Assembly (NCBI GenBank): GCA_951406725.2
Contig: OX597815.1
Location: forward strand, 205,840,001 to 205,904,000
DNA length: 64,000 nt
From: Octopus vulgaris
Lineage: Eukaryota
Reading direction: 5' to 3'
In this document: in pieces, positions 26,251 through 38,996 of the stretch
Layout: every line of letters begins with the position of its first letter
Position numbering within the stretch: the first letter of the stretch is position 1
Notes under the pieces: generated by a model
What the model was told of the DNA's origin: nothing
Databases searched by the model: none
What the model saw: only the letters and a program-made list of their open reading frames with translations
Translations under genes and position numbers: made by a program

Positions 26251-27304
26251 GTCAATGGGATAGACTGTCAGAAATATGTATATTACAGGACCCAACCAAA
26301 ATAGGCAGGGAAATGGAATAACCTACATAATCTAGAACACAGCTGAGGATACCTTAGCACTGCTCATTAATTTCTCACAAAAAGAATGAGAATCCTGAAG
26401 GTGATAGTTGACAAAAACAATGACTACTTTCAGAACATTCATAACATCACTGAAGTGTGTACTCTGCTCTTGATTAGTAAATTCATGTCTCAGCAAAATA
26501 TATCCTTATTTGGATAGCACAGTCATTTAATACTTTAGCATTAAAACCAGCTATGTCAGACCCAAATATGCTATGTTTTATGTTCAAACCAGCTAGATCT
26601 GGCTTCTCACATCTACCCTACAATGTCATTTTAAAGATATGTAGTCACATCATCATCATTTAACGTCCGTTCTCCATGCTAGCATGGGTTGGACGGTTCG
26701 ATCGGGGATCTGGGAAGCCAGAAGGCTGCACCAGGCTCCAGTCTGATCTGGCAGTGCTTCTACGGCTGGATGCCCTCCCTAACACCAACCACTCCGTTAG
26801 TGTAGTGGGTGCTTTTTACGTGCCACCTGCACAGGTGCCAGGCGAGGCTGGGAGGCTACGAGGTAATGCACAATTAATTGAAAACAAAGTAAAATAAACA
26901 TTACATCTGATGGATTAATCTGAAAGCTAAAGGCTAAATGTTTCCAACCATAGAACAGTCACATCATTTACAGACCCATGATCTTCCAGCCAGCACTAGC
27001 TGGCTGTAAGGATGTAGTTTGCTGTAATTGTATTCATTACAAATATATAGAAAAGGTAGATACCCATTATCTTGTCATATTAAGATGAGAGCTGCTTCTA
27101 AGCTCCAATATGACAGATATCAGTTTCAATTAATGAGTTAGTCAATGAATGAGAACCTGTATCCTTGATGTAATGCTCAGGCATTACATTAAGGTCAGGG
27201 TTTCAAATACAGGGAAAAGTCTAGCCAGCATGCTTCTACAGTTCTAACAAAAAATTACAAAGCTTGGGTCAACCTGGGACTATGGGTGAAAACACTATCC
27301 ACTG

Positions 27305-27780
27305 ATCATCATCATCATCATCGTTTAATGTCTGTTTTCCGCGCTAGCACGGTTCAACCGGGGTCTGGGAAGCCAGGAGGCTGCACCAGGCTCCAGTCTG
27401 ATCTGGCAGTGTTTCTACAGCTGGATGCTCTTCCTAACGCCAACCACTCCACCAGTGTAGTGGGTGCTTATTACGTGCCACCGGCACAGGTACCAGGGGA
27501 GTCTGGCAGCGGCCACGATCGGTTGGTGCTTTTAACGTGCCACCGGCACGGAAGCCAGTCAAGGCGGCACTGGCATCGGTCACGCTCGGATGGTGCTTTT
27601 TACGTGCCACCGGCACAGAAGCCAGTCAAGGCGGCACTGGCATCGGTCACGCTCGGATGGTGCTTTTTAAGTGCCACCGGCACAGAAGCCAGTCGAGGCG
27701 GTGCTGGCATCAGCCACGTTCGGATGGTGCTTTATATGTGCCACTGGCACAGGTATCACAACTACTATTTCCATTGATAT
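27305..27780 (-). mobile_element. RTE 3' UTR copy with five tandem 62-67-bp modules
   Basis: GGTGCTTTTTACGTGCCACCGGCAC-like cores begin at 27463, 27525, 27592, 27659 and 27726. Confidence 0.88.
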
Positions 27781-27959
27781 GCTAAGTGATATTCTTAGCC
27801 ATTCTACATTCTTATGTAAATATTCACAGTAGACTAGTGGAAGTTTCAAAGAAAGTCTTTGATCCTTAAATGGCATTATAAAGCATTTCAGTCAAATTAT
27901 GAGTAATCTACATAAGTGACTGTGATGGGTCATCTAAAACAGTACTGTTAATTGTCAAA

Positions 27960-28359
27960 CGGTAAGGAGGTGGGGACAAACACAGACATATACATATTTA
28001 TACACAATGGGTTTCTTTCAGTTTCTGTCTACCAAATTCACTCACAAGGGTTTGGACGGCTCAAGGCTATAGCAGAAGACATTTGCCCAAGATGCCACAC
28101 AGTGGGACTGAACCCGGAACCATGTGGTTGGTTAGCAAGCTTCTTACCACATCTGTACCTATTTCTTTTTTTTTTCTTTTTACTTGTTTCAGTCATTTTG
28201 ACTGCGGCCATGCTGGAGCACCGCCTTTAATCGAGCAACTCGACCCTGGGACTTATTCTTTTGTAAGCCCAGTACTTATTCTATCGGTCTCTTTTGCCGG
28301 GACATAAACACACCAGCATCGGTTGTCAAGCAATGCTAGGGGGACAAACACAGACACAC

Positions 28360-28407
<48 letters not shown>

Positions 28408-28572
28408 TACGACAGGCTTCTTTCAGTTTCCGTCTACCAAATCCACTCACAAGGCTTTGGTCGGCCCGAGGCTATAGTAGAAGACACTTGCCCAAGATGC
28501 CACGCAGTGGGACTGAACCCGGAACCATGTGGTTGGTAAACAAGCTACTTACCACACAGTCACTCCTGCGCC
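27960..28572 (-). mobile_element. Two tandem family A SINEs (partial, then full length)
   Basis: Reverse-complement matches to family A. Confidence 0.85.
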
Positions 28573-29485
28573 TATATATATATATATAAAATTAGATTAT
28601 CCAATATATCCCTTTTATTTTAAGACAAGTAGTGATTTGGGTATTTTCTAGCAGGTCAAGCAACTACATAGAAGCCTGCAGCAGGTTGCACAAGCCTGTA
28701 CCCACCACCTTCAAATTTCCTACAATGCACAGATATTATTCTTCAACCTCATACTACTTGTCAGATCAATGAAAAAAAGTATACCAGCAGTGACCATGTG
28801 ATCTATTTAGGGGTGTGCTGAACCATATTAATCAATGCTTCTCCTTTCTCCAAGATGTAGGCTGTGATTTGAGGTAAATTTGGCTATTTTTGGCAGTCCG
28901 AACAACCATCTAATTGAGGAGGCTGAGTGCATGTATTATTAATTGGGCAATCGACTTCGACATCCCATTTAGCAGTCTCTGGAGACCAATGTGCATAACG
29001 GATAGCAGTAAACCAGTGGGATATTTTCAAGTTAAATTTTTAAAATTATTTCACATTATTTCTGCAAGTGCTCATTCCACAATGGCAATGTGACTTATGT
29101 CAATTTTTACTACAGTTTGTTTAATTCCCTCCCTCAAATCAAAAACCTAGATTCCAATTCAATTCCCTTATGTGCATTATATGCCTTTACACAAAATGAG
29201 TAGGCTAGAACAAGCAGTGTGTTTGCTTTCACTCAAGTGTATTCTTGGTTACTACACACATTACACCATAGTATTAGAGTAGAAAATAATTTTCAGTGTC
29301 AACCAATACAATATTAGTATTTGCAGTAAGTTCTGCCAACCAGAGAACAGTGAAGTACAATGAAATACCTTCACGTGCCGGTTGGTGTTTTGTACCCTCT
29401 ACTATCAACCTTTCCTACACAGGCGAACTGTACGGTTTATTTAGTACATTAACAGGCACGTACTTGATATAAACTAAACACTTAC

Positions 29486-29532
29486 AAGGGATTAGACGAT
29501 ATCCTGGCAATATTATCATAACCGCTCTTCAT
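29486..29532 (-). CDS. Candidate alternative first coding exon (MKSGYDNIARISSNP, phase 2) of the minus-strand gene
   Basis: ccaaATG start, 15 open codons + 2 nt, then a consensus donor TT|gtaagtg, in unique sequence. Same phase as exon 30412-30460. Confidence 0.4.
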
Positions 29533-30411
29533 TTGGGCAGTGCGCGCACACACACACACACACACATCCGAAATAAAATATTTGAGTAAATTAAATGACG
29601 AAAATTTAGTCTAATATAAAACAGGGACATGTAAAATAGGTGAATTTGAAAAAGGGGGAGGAGTGGAAACTGGAATATATAAGGGTTTATATATATGTAA
29701 ACCTACAACAATGGTTTCCATTGAAATGAAAGACCTACTTTATTTACTTGGGTCTGAGTTATGTGTGTCTCAATGAAAGGAATATACTACATCAGTTCTG
29801 TTAGGGTTGGGGGAAGAATGAAGGAGAAAACAAATACCTATTCACTACTAACACAGTTACACCACATATGCACGCCTCCACGAAATGTGTTAATAAAAAA
29901 CTGCATTATTTTGCCTTATATTTTAAATGTTCTTTCTCTTAAAAGAAGAAAAAAAAAGTTTTATTTTCCACATGTTAAATTTACCCTACTTTCCAAAAAG
30001 CTAAATGTTTTCGTCGGAACTGAATATGAAATTTAGGCTAGATATAAGAATGATATAAGAAAGAAAAAATTCAATCAGTGAAATACTCTTATTTCCTTCG
30101 CTTAATTCCTTGCAAATTACACTAAAGCGCACTTGCAAATAATAATAATAATAATCTTTCACTGGATAGCTTATATTTGTTTTCATTAAATCCACCGGGA
30201 GTATTGATTTCAGCTAATAAACCAAACACAAGCACGTTTGTGTCTTTATACACGTGTAAGTGTATAGAATTATCTCCAACATGTTTACAAATGAATCAAA
30301 AGGCGAACCAACAAGCACCAGTCATAGAAAACATACGAAACGTGTACAGAATACGCATTATGGTGTAACACGAACGGTTTTTTTTTTTTTTTTTTTTTTC
30401 GGATTGTTTAC

Positions 30412-30460
30412 CAGGAAGCAGTGACAGCTAGAACACGTCTACGTGTGTTATTTGGCATAT
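30412..30460 (-). CDS. 49-nt internal coding exon of the minus-strand gene (N-MPNNTRRRVLAVTAS-)
   Basis: Long polypyrimidine tract ending tttcctgtcag|, donor TG|gtaaac. Splices in frame to the phase-1 end of exon 32917-32983 (A+AT = Asn). Confidence 0.55.
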
Positions 30461-30785
30461 CTGACAGGAAACACAGGTAGAGAGAGAGAGAAAGAAAGAA
30501 TGAAAGAAAAGGAGTAGAGTCGCGAAAGGAGGAATTTGATGGCATGCCAACTATCTTAGACAATCGCATTTTTTCTTTTGTAAAACCCAATGATATGATG
30601 ATTGTGCAGGGGGAAAATCCTGATATTTGAGCTGCACCCATTCCAATGCTAGAAGCATGAGTCTTTCGGGAGTAAATAGCAATTACATCCTTAAACCGGC
30701 AACATCAATCAAAGTGTGGGAAAACGAATATAATTGTTTTGCGCCATTACCACAACGGAAAATTGTGTGCAGCGCTGTATAAATA

Positions 30786-30833
<48 letters not shown>

Positions 30834-31959
30834 GAATTTTTAGGAAATTGAATGCTGAATAATTTTCACAACATTACAATAATCGCAACATGTTTTGAAT
30901 CGTTCAGTTCTATGTTATCTTTATTTCTTTTCTTCTTCTCAACCTCATATTCCATTCCTCAGAGAAATCAATTAGTAAGGAATTTGTGCTACAGATTAAT
31001 GCCTCCTTGAAAAATAGGGCTCTACTATAACATCTTAGCATGGTTTGATAAGAGGTCAAAAGTATCTAACATAAAAATCAATATTTTCCTCATTTTTACT
31101 CCACTCGATAGGCACAAAACAGAAATAAATTTGGTCTGCTATAAAAGGCTGCAGACTTAGTAAAAAAAAAGTAGCAGGCTCAATATGTTTAGTATCTGAA
31201 GGAAGCATGCCGGAGAAGAAGATATATATAGGGTTTGGGGAATGCGAGAGATAGAAGAAGAGAATTAAGGCCAATTGTAGTTGGGAAAACCGCTGGAAAA
31301 TATGAAGTATTTTCTATCAACACTAATAAACAAACAAGAAAATAACTGGAAATACGGGGAAGATCAGATTTCGCTACTAATAATGAGAAGAAAAAAATGA
31401 TAAAGAATGATTCCATATGAGTATGTATGAATGGTATAAGTACAAAAGACAGAAAACGGTTTATTGTAATGATACCTTTAGTTACCTTTTATGTGTTCAA
31501 TATTTTATGGTGGGTTCATTGACAAATTATTAAACTGCGTAACACTAATGACACATATAATAACGGCTGTATATTTCACTAAGGTGAAAACATTTTTGGT
31601 TTTGTAAAGAATCATTTTACATCCATAAATTGAAATGTACTTTCTTTAAATATCTCTCTATGCATTCATTGTGAGGAAACTTAATTTAGAAAACTGATTA
31701 AATCTCATAACTTTTTTGAGCGAGGATTTAACAGAATTCTTAGAAGTTTTAGATTATATCGAGTAATGAAATAAGAGATGAGAGATGAAATGGGGGAAAA
31801 GTTAATATATATATTCAGAGGGGGAAAGGGATAAAAATATATTTAAAAGGAGAGAAAAAAACCTGAAAAAGTGTTGGGGTGAGATTAAGGACGAATGAGA
31901 CGCAGAAAAATAGAAAAAGAAACGCAGAAAGAGATGAAAGAAGGAAAAGTATAGGAGAG

Positions 31960-32400
31960 AGATGGACAGAGATGAAGAGATGGACGGAGGCAGAGAGAGA
32001 AATAGAAAGAGATGGATAGAGAGAGACAAACAGAAAGATGGACAGGGAGACAAAGATGGATAGAGAGAGCCACGGAAAGAGGGATAGAGACAAACAGAGA
32101 GACAAACAGATAGAAAGATGGATAGAGACAGAGAGACAGAAAGATGGACAGATACAGAGAGACAGAAATATGGATAGATACAGACAGAGAGACAGAAAGA
32201 TGGATAGAGAGATACAGAAAGATAGAGACAGGCAGAGAGACAAAGACAGACAGATGGACAGAGAGAGACAGACAGAAACGGAAAGATGGACAGAGACAGA
32301 TAGAAAGAGACACGGAGACGGAAAGTTAGAGAGAGAGAAGCAAAGTGACAGAAATAGTCAGACAAGTGGGCAAATGGAGAGAATAAGAGAGAGAAGAAAG
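31960..32400. repeat. Complex purine-rich (AGAC/AGAT/AG)n microsatellite
   Basis: Low-complexity tract seen directly. Confidence 0.9.
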
Positions 32401-32916
32401 CGTTTTTTATTTATTATTTTCTTCAGCTTGATTAAGCCAACCTATGATTAAAGACATTCCAGCCGTGACAGTGGGTTTTTCGTAGGGGTGTGTGTATGAC
32501 TAGACTAACTAATGTGTTCCTTCCTTACTTAAAGAGATGTTGGGGGATACGATTCGTGAGAAATTTCGAAGCCGTTTCTGAGAGGTCGAGTGGCCACATA
32601 AAAGCTTCGTTGTTGGTTCGCCCAAAAAGGAAAAAAAGTTGAAGAAAGAGTTAAAAAAAAGAGAAATGTAAGCCTGAGTCAATGTGTAAAGGTTAGAAAA
32701 GTGTGTGATGAGAGATGAGTCTTTTGAAAGAGGGAAACAGGGCGGTTAGCTGCTTCTGCAATAAATAAGCCAACTACATCACTTAAGAACTGGCTTACAA
32801 CACAGTATTTAAACTTATATACAAAATAGGAAAAAGATCAAATCGAATAACGGGACTAAATTGAATTAAATTATGGAAATAATTGACAAAAAAAAAAAAA
32901 AAGTCGTTATACTTAC

Positions 32917-32983
32917 TTCTGTAGTGCGGCTGAGGTATTTGCCCTCCTAAGTTTTCAACATCTAACTCGCTTGATACAGACAT
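32917..32983 (-). CDS. First coding exon of an unidentified minus-strand gene (MSVSSELDVENLGGQIPQPHYR, phase 1)
   Basis: caaaaATG start in typical invertebrate Kozak context, 22 codons + 1 nt, perfect donor AA|gtaagt, directly downstream of a CpG-rich unique leader. Product not recognised. Confidence 0.7.
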
Positions 32984-33084
32984 TTTTGGTTTGTAAAGAC
33001 GTTTAGATAGAATTAAAGATAGCAAAACATTTATATCTCACGAGACAGGTCGCTGTCAACGGCGTCAAAACCTCAATTTTCCCT

Positions 33085-33102
33085 TCACCGGGTGCGCAAC
33101 AT
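33085..33102 (-). other. Upstream ORF MLRTR* in the leader of the minus-strand gene
   Basis: gccagccagccATG TTG CGC ACC CGG TGA, ending ~100 nt before the main ATG. Confidence 0.5.
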
Positions 33103-33539
33103 GGCTGGCTGGCTCTCTGCAGAATCGAAACCGGGAACAAGTGCATTAAAAGAAACGAGAATTCTCTTTCTCTTTTCTCCAAGGAAAACTAAAGGGTTTT
33201 GTCTAACGAACACAGACAAAATAATATATTTTTCTCCCTTTTCTTTGTTTTAAAAAATCGCCAGCCGAAATGATACAATTCTATTTATATGCAGACAGAA
33301 TTTTTTTAAATAAAATTCATCAGAAATCTTTTGACATTATTTTTCGCCGCTTCTTTTCTATTTTTTTTTTTTTTGGTCTTTTTTTTTTTTGCTTTTTGCT
33401 TTTTCCACAACGACTCGATATAATTTTTTTTTTTTTTTGAGCTTATAACATTTTGTACTTATTCTTTCATTCCTTTTTTCACTTTGGTTATTTCCTGTGG
33501 GGAGCTACATTTATAATATCCTGATCAGCTTCAGTAATT

Positions 33540-33870
33540 GGGGAAGACAGCGTCAAAAAACCCGATTTGGCTGCCAGATAATAAACCACCTGTAAAGGGC
33601 TGCTGTCAAGTTCATCAGTTGAATCAAGGCGGGACCGCTTTAAGACTAACACGCACTCGGCTACTTCCGTTAAAACCCGTTTGCCGTTACGTAAGTTAGC
33701 GAAAACAACCGAAGCAAATTGGCGGATTTCAAATCGACGAATTAGGTAAAAAATAGTAAGAAGACTCGCAAACAACACACCCACTCCCAGCGCAAACTTT
33801 TTGGCTTTCCGTTCTTTAATAAGTTCACCGCTGTAAGGAGGCGCTAGTAGTATTGTTTACAAATATGACA
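33540..33870. promoter_or_regulatory. Putative bidirectional, CpG-richer promoter
   Basis: Repeat-free and CpG-enriched relative to the flanks. Contains E2F-like GGCGGGA (~33628), ETS-like ACTTCCG (~33663), CCAAT on the minus strand (attgg ~33718) and CHR-like TTCAAA (~33728). Donor-terminated first exons point away on both sides. Confidence 0.55.
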
Positions 33871-33952
33871 TGTATTGTCTTGGAAACGGACCACAGTCGC
33901 AATTTTTATTATTCCATAAGGGTCAACCAATTGACATATGTCAAAAATTAAG
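33870..33952 (+). other. Candidate first exon of a divergent plus-strand transcript (open frame MYCLGNGPQSQFLLFHKGQPIDICQKL, phase 2)
   Basis: Donor AAG|gtaatt at 33953 followed by T-rich intron-like sequence. Coding status unknown. Confidence 0.35.
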
Positions 33953-34659
33953 GTAATTAGTCGCTTTTTTTTTTTTCACTGCATTTTATTCTTCGCCAAT
34001 CGCTTTATGCACAGCCAAGTTACCATTTTCGAGTGTAGTTTAGCATCTTGTTTATAAATAGGAACGAATCGATGCGGGTACAGCGACAGAGCAACTACAT
34101 CGGGAGTTCTTAACGAGGGAGGCGAAGGGGTACTTTCGATCTTGATTATCGATTTTATCAATAAATGTAACAAAATTCTTGTGGTTTCTTTTCATATCAT
34201 CCATTTGTATCATTGTTGTCAGGATTTTTTTTTTTACATTCAATAGCAACGATACAAACTCTATTCTCTTAGCAATTTCTATCAATGCAATCAAACTTCC
34301 CCAAAATTTCGATGCATGTTCTGTCAGGTTGAAGTTGCATAAATTTGGATTCTTAAAATCCGCCCGAAGTTGTGAGATATAACTATCTGACAGTGTCAGC
34401 TTGCATTTCAACTTTAAACTTTCACGCTGATTATTATCATATTTTTATGCCAATTTCATAAAAACTTGCAGAATCTTCATTTTCGATTTTCTCAAACCCT
34501 TTGGTGGTATTTACATGCATGAAAGCGAATGGCAACTTTTAAAGTGACACCAGCACCGAATGGTGGGCATACCTACACAAGTACCCCCCCCCCCAACCCT
34601 GTGTGGTGGGCATACCTAAACGAGTGTATCCCGCCCCCGACAACTTCCTCACAACTTCC

Positions 34660-35150
34660 AGAAAAATGGATATTCTTTAAATGAAATTTTCTACAAATAC
34701 ACTTCAGATGATACAGATTACGATTACATCGGAATTTCATGTGAACATCTTTTTTTCCTAGGGCAGAGGGGGAGTTTCGGAAAATTCACACGAGTTGGCT
34801 TTGTTTCCTCATATCGTTCAGAAAAATGGTATCTTTGAATGAAACTTTCAAAAAATACTTTTCAAAGTCTGTAGATTACGATTATATTGGAATCTAATAT
34901 GAAAGAGAAAACTGGTGAACTCGTATACATGTCTACTGAAACACACCACAATTTTTCTATATTTCAAGTTTCCTTTTGTAGATATGTATGAAGTGTATAT
35001 ATGTGTACGAACTAACCATAAAAAAAAAAAAAAATGTTATCATATTAAATTCCGATATAACTTTAATCTACACACTTTGAAAGGTATTTTGTAGAAAATT
35101 TCATAAAAAATGACTCATTATTCTGAAAGTGATGAGGAAACAAAGCCGGT
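34660..35150. repeat. Fold-back element with a ~90-110-bp unit in two direct copies and one inverted copy
   Basis: cagaaaaatgg..aatgaaa..tagattacgatta..ggaat at ~34660 and ~34818; its reverse complement at ~35040-35148. Confidence 0.7.
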
Positions 35151-36038
35151 GAAGGTGTGTGAGAATATGTGAAGTGATTTCTATTAGGGATAAGTGAAAT
35201 CGTAAAAAGATTAACAGCCCAGAATTGCTCAAATTAATAATGAAACCTCTCTCATATCACACCCTACTGCCCCCCCCAAAAAAAAAAAGAAAAGAAAAGA
35301 ACAGAAGAAAGTACACATTGGATAATGTCATTGATACCCTATACCCGAAAAAAGAGGGATTGTCATGAGGATGCTTCAGGGTTGATCTGAGTCTTTCCTG
35401 TTTTATTCACTGACTATTTAGAAAATATAAACTAATACACACACACACCTACACAGGCAGAGTCATCGGTTCATTTAGATGAATACTTAAATCATATGCA
35501 TACCCGTCTTCCTAACAGCTCCTCCCACCACTCAGACCCGTTGCCAGACTTTGGTGTCTGGAGGTGCTTAAGAATATTCTGGGTGGGAACTAATTTGTAA
35601 TAATGCTAAAATGGAGCTTTGAAACAAGTGTTGCATTACTGTAAATCTGAGGGATGCACCATTGGATAGTGAGGTGGGGCAGTGCCACCCAGTGCACTCC
35701 CTTAACAACAGGCATGTCTCCACCCATGTTCACTCACTGAATTCTCCTCCCCTTTGTCTCCGCCTCCTCTTTTGCACTCATGAACTTAGCTGCCTACTAT
35801 CACTATGCAATCCCCAGTACCACTTCTCTTATATGCACTTCCCTGTAACTCGAGGGTATGTCCCAACATCTTCATCTTCTCTCTTTCTTTCTCTCCATCT
35901 GAGGTAGCCATGCATCCCCTCTACTACAAGACACCTATTTCTGTCCCTCTATCATAATCTAACCCTTTATCACCTGGCACATAGCCACCTCCTTCAATAG
36001 TGCTTGGCTCTCTGTTGAGGAGTCTTGTCTAACAAGTT

Positions 36039-36478
36039 TGTAACAGGATCAGTTTCGGTATCACTGGAGGGGTGTCCGATCTGACCCCGTCACATTCAAT
36101 TTAGGTAGAATAACAGACAAGTCAGGCGATCTACGAACACAGCAAAATGGTTGTTTATTTCTTGTCGCAATGTAGAACTGGTGTACGTGTTCTCTGGAGG
36201 GAAACCGACAGCCGAATCTGTAGTACTGATTGCTCGCTTTCTTGTTTGTAAGTCAAACGATTCGTCGGGTTCGCTGCTTGGTTGGTGAGAAGTCCTCAGA
36301 GAGACTGCCAATACACGTCCATTCACGGGTGCTACCAGAGCCAGAAAGGATGAGTGAGCGAACCCGTGTTTTAGGGGTCAGTTCCCACACATGCGCATGA
36401 GGAAGACTTCCGGTGGCCAACCGGAAGTAATCCAATTCTGCGCATGTGCGCTGAACCTTACACAGCAGCATCACTACA
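36039..36478 (-). mobile_element. Solo LTR (Gypsy-like), 440 bp, with 4-bp TSD AGTT
   Basis: TG...CA termini (TGTAAC..., ...CTACA); agtt at 36035-36038 and 36479-36482; AATAAA on the minus strand (~36154-36159). It interrupts an RTE-UTR-type repeat. Confidence 0.85.
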
Positions 36479-36689
36479 AGTTTCTTGGTGACCTCGTTGT
36501 TGTTGGTGCCATGCAAAAAGAACCTTGTACATTCTGTAAAATGATTGGCATTAGGAAATGCACGTATCCATAGGTACCATGCCAAAGCAGACAGTTGAGC
36601 TTGGCATAGACCTCTGGCTTGCCAGTCCCTCTCAAACCATCCATACTAGCATGAGAAGTAGACATTAAATGAAGTTGATGAGGATAATG

Positions 36690-37005
36690 ACTATCAATTG
36701 TATAAAATCCATTGTCTGTCTGTCTGTGTGTGTGTCTTCTAGGATCTCGGGCATCCTCCATCCGATTGTGCTCAAATTTGATATGTAGATACCGACGGTA
36801 TCAGGGTGTGTAGGAGTCTTGAAAAAAGTTACAAAAATCGATTCCAGGTGAGAATGCGATCAGTAAAGCTGTTGGAACATGCATTTGTACGTGCAAGTAC
36901 ATCAGCTGTTGCGATCGATACTACGCATACGTGAGAAAAATGCACATGCAGTTTTTCAGCACCGTCCATTGGACATGGGTGGGGGTGAGTTTTGCTCATA
37001 TATAC

Positions 37006-37030
<25 letters not shown>
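36690..37030 (+). mobile_element. Helitron-like 5' fragment
   Basis: Start ...tataaaatccattgtctgtctgtctgtgtgtg...ccgattgtgctcaaatttg resembles the Helitron 5' ends in this window; no CTAG end seen. Confidence 0.45.
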
Positions 37031-37050
<20 letters not shown>

Positions 37051-38597
37051 TGATGTTATACCTTTGAAAATTCACATGCCATGCACGTGTATGTTTTAGT
37101 CCAAGATGGGAAGAGCACTATCTGAAACCTTTCCAGACCATTATAGTTTGATGAGATTGATGCAGTTGGTGTTTCAGTTTTGAACTTTTACGGACTGATA
37201 GCTGTACAAAATATATAATGAGAAGAACATGGGACACATCAGTTAGGCTTCAGGGATGGTTGTACATAAATGTATCAAAAGAGTAGGTGTTGTTACATCA
37301 TGGTATCCATCATAGTATGATTGTGGAGAGTCAACAAGGGTGTTGCTGCGAAGTTGCTCAGCCAGCTAGATTTCCCTTGAAACACACCCTATTTTCTTAA
37401 AAGAAGTGGAGACACATTGGATAATGTAGTCTCATATACAAAATGTATGTTTGAATAGAAGACAGAATTCTTTATCAGGGTTGACTTGAAGCTATGCTAT
37501 AACATATAATTACCAGCATTCTTATCAGCACATTATGTTGGCTCTAATCCTTAATCCATTCATTCAAGAACCAAACCATTTTAAGCATCACAGTAGATCT
37601 ATGAAAAGATAAGATCTGAACTGTTAATGGAGTAATTTCTTGAGCATTTAACTTAATTTTCTTATGATTGTTATATTTTGTTTCTGCCTACAGATGTTGC
37701 AAGCTTTAATATTTTGGCCATGTAGCTGTTTTTGTTTCTTTTTTTTCCCTTGCATCAGTCTTTTTTAAAATATCAAATTCAATACCTAGCATAATCCTTT
37801 ATGTGCTATTTCTATCTTGATATCGTTTTCCCACTTGATATCTTCTTTCCAGACATCTCGAATTGTAGCTAAATCCCACAATAGTGACAACCAACAATTA
37901 TCCACAGCAAATATTTAGTAAAAAAAAAAAAAGTACCAGGAAAGAAAGTATTTTGTGAGAGCAAACTAGTGTTGTCTAAATCCTATGAATGGAAGAATGG
38001 AAATGAGAATATGAAAGAATGAGGTTGTGGGTGAAGTATTGTTTGATTACAGTTAATTGAAGAGTTAATTTAGACCTTACAAATTTGACTTAAAATCTCC
38101 ACATTCAGCTTTCACACACACACACTCACACGCATGCACACATACACAGACAGACAGTAACAACAACAACATATTTAACTACAGACATTGCTATCAATTT
38201 TATCCTATTATTGTTGTTGCCAGTTAGTTTATTCAAAAGTTGCTGGGTTGGTAGGAATGGCAGTATTGGTGGTGGTGGTGGTGGTGGTGTTCATATTGTT
38301 CTTGTTAATTGTATTGTTGTTCCCGTTTAGTCCCAAGTCAATCCTCATTGACCTAGTGATCAAAGACGTTTCTTTCAACTTTTAGAATGCACCAGGGTAC
38401 CACACTATCTCATGTGATTATTTAAAAAATTTAGCTGGAGTTGCTTATCATGTTCATACTATTGTTTTGCTGTTAGTGTTTTTTGTGATTCAAGAAAATG
38501 TGCACACACATCAATATTCACTGGGAAAATTTCCACCTCAAACTTCATAAATGTTATAGTGATGCATACACACACACACGTGTGTATATATATATAT

Positions 38598-38928
38598 AGC
38601 AGAAGACACTTGGGCAAGTGTCTTCTGCTATAGCCCCGGGCCGACGAATGCCTTGTGAATGGATTTGGTAGACGGAAACTGAAAGAAGCCTGTCGTATAT
38701 ATGTATATATATATGTATGTGTGTGTTTGTGTGTCTGTGTTTGTCCCCCTAGCATTGCTTGACAACCGATGCTGGTGTGTTTACGTCCCTGTCACTTAGC
38801 GGTTCGGCAAAAAGAGATGGATAGAATAAGTACTGGGCTTACAAAGAATAAGTCCCGGGGTCGATTTGCTCGACTAAAGGCGGTGCTCCAGCATGGCCAC
38901 AGTCAAATGACTGAAACATGTAAAAGAG

Positions 38929-38930
<2 letters not shown>
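38598..38930 (+). mobile_element. SINE family A (5'-truncated)
   Basis: Family A body and tail. Confidence 0.88.

Positions 38931-38990
<60 letters not shown>

Positions 38991-38996
<6 letters not shown>

Noticed and set aside
27463-27750. CRISPR-like array (~25-bp repeat cores with ~40-bp spacers)
   Set aside because: The spacers are homologous to each other, there are no cas genes, the context is eukaryotic, and the unit is part of the RTE 3' UTR.
31802-32451. Long ORFs of 137-187 aa
   Set aside because: Translations of a microsatellite. The same applies to ORFs at 41739-42238, 53258-53767 and the poly-His ORF at 57021-57257.
33101-33255. Plus-strand ORF starting caacATGGCT (MAGWLSAESKPG..)
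   Set aside because: Short, runs into T-tracts, has no donor, and lies antisense within the leader of the better-supported minus gene.
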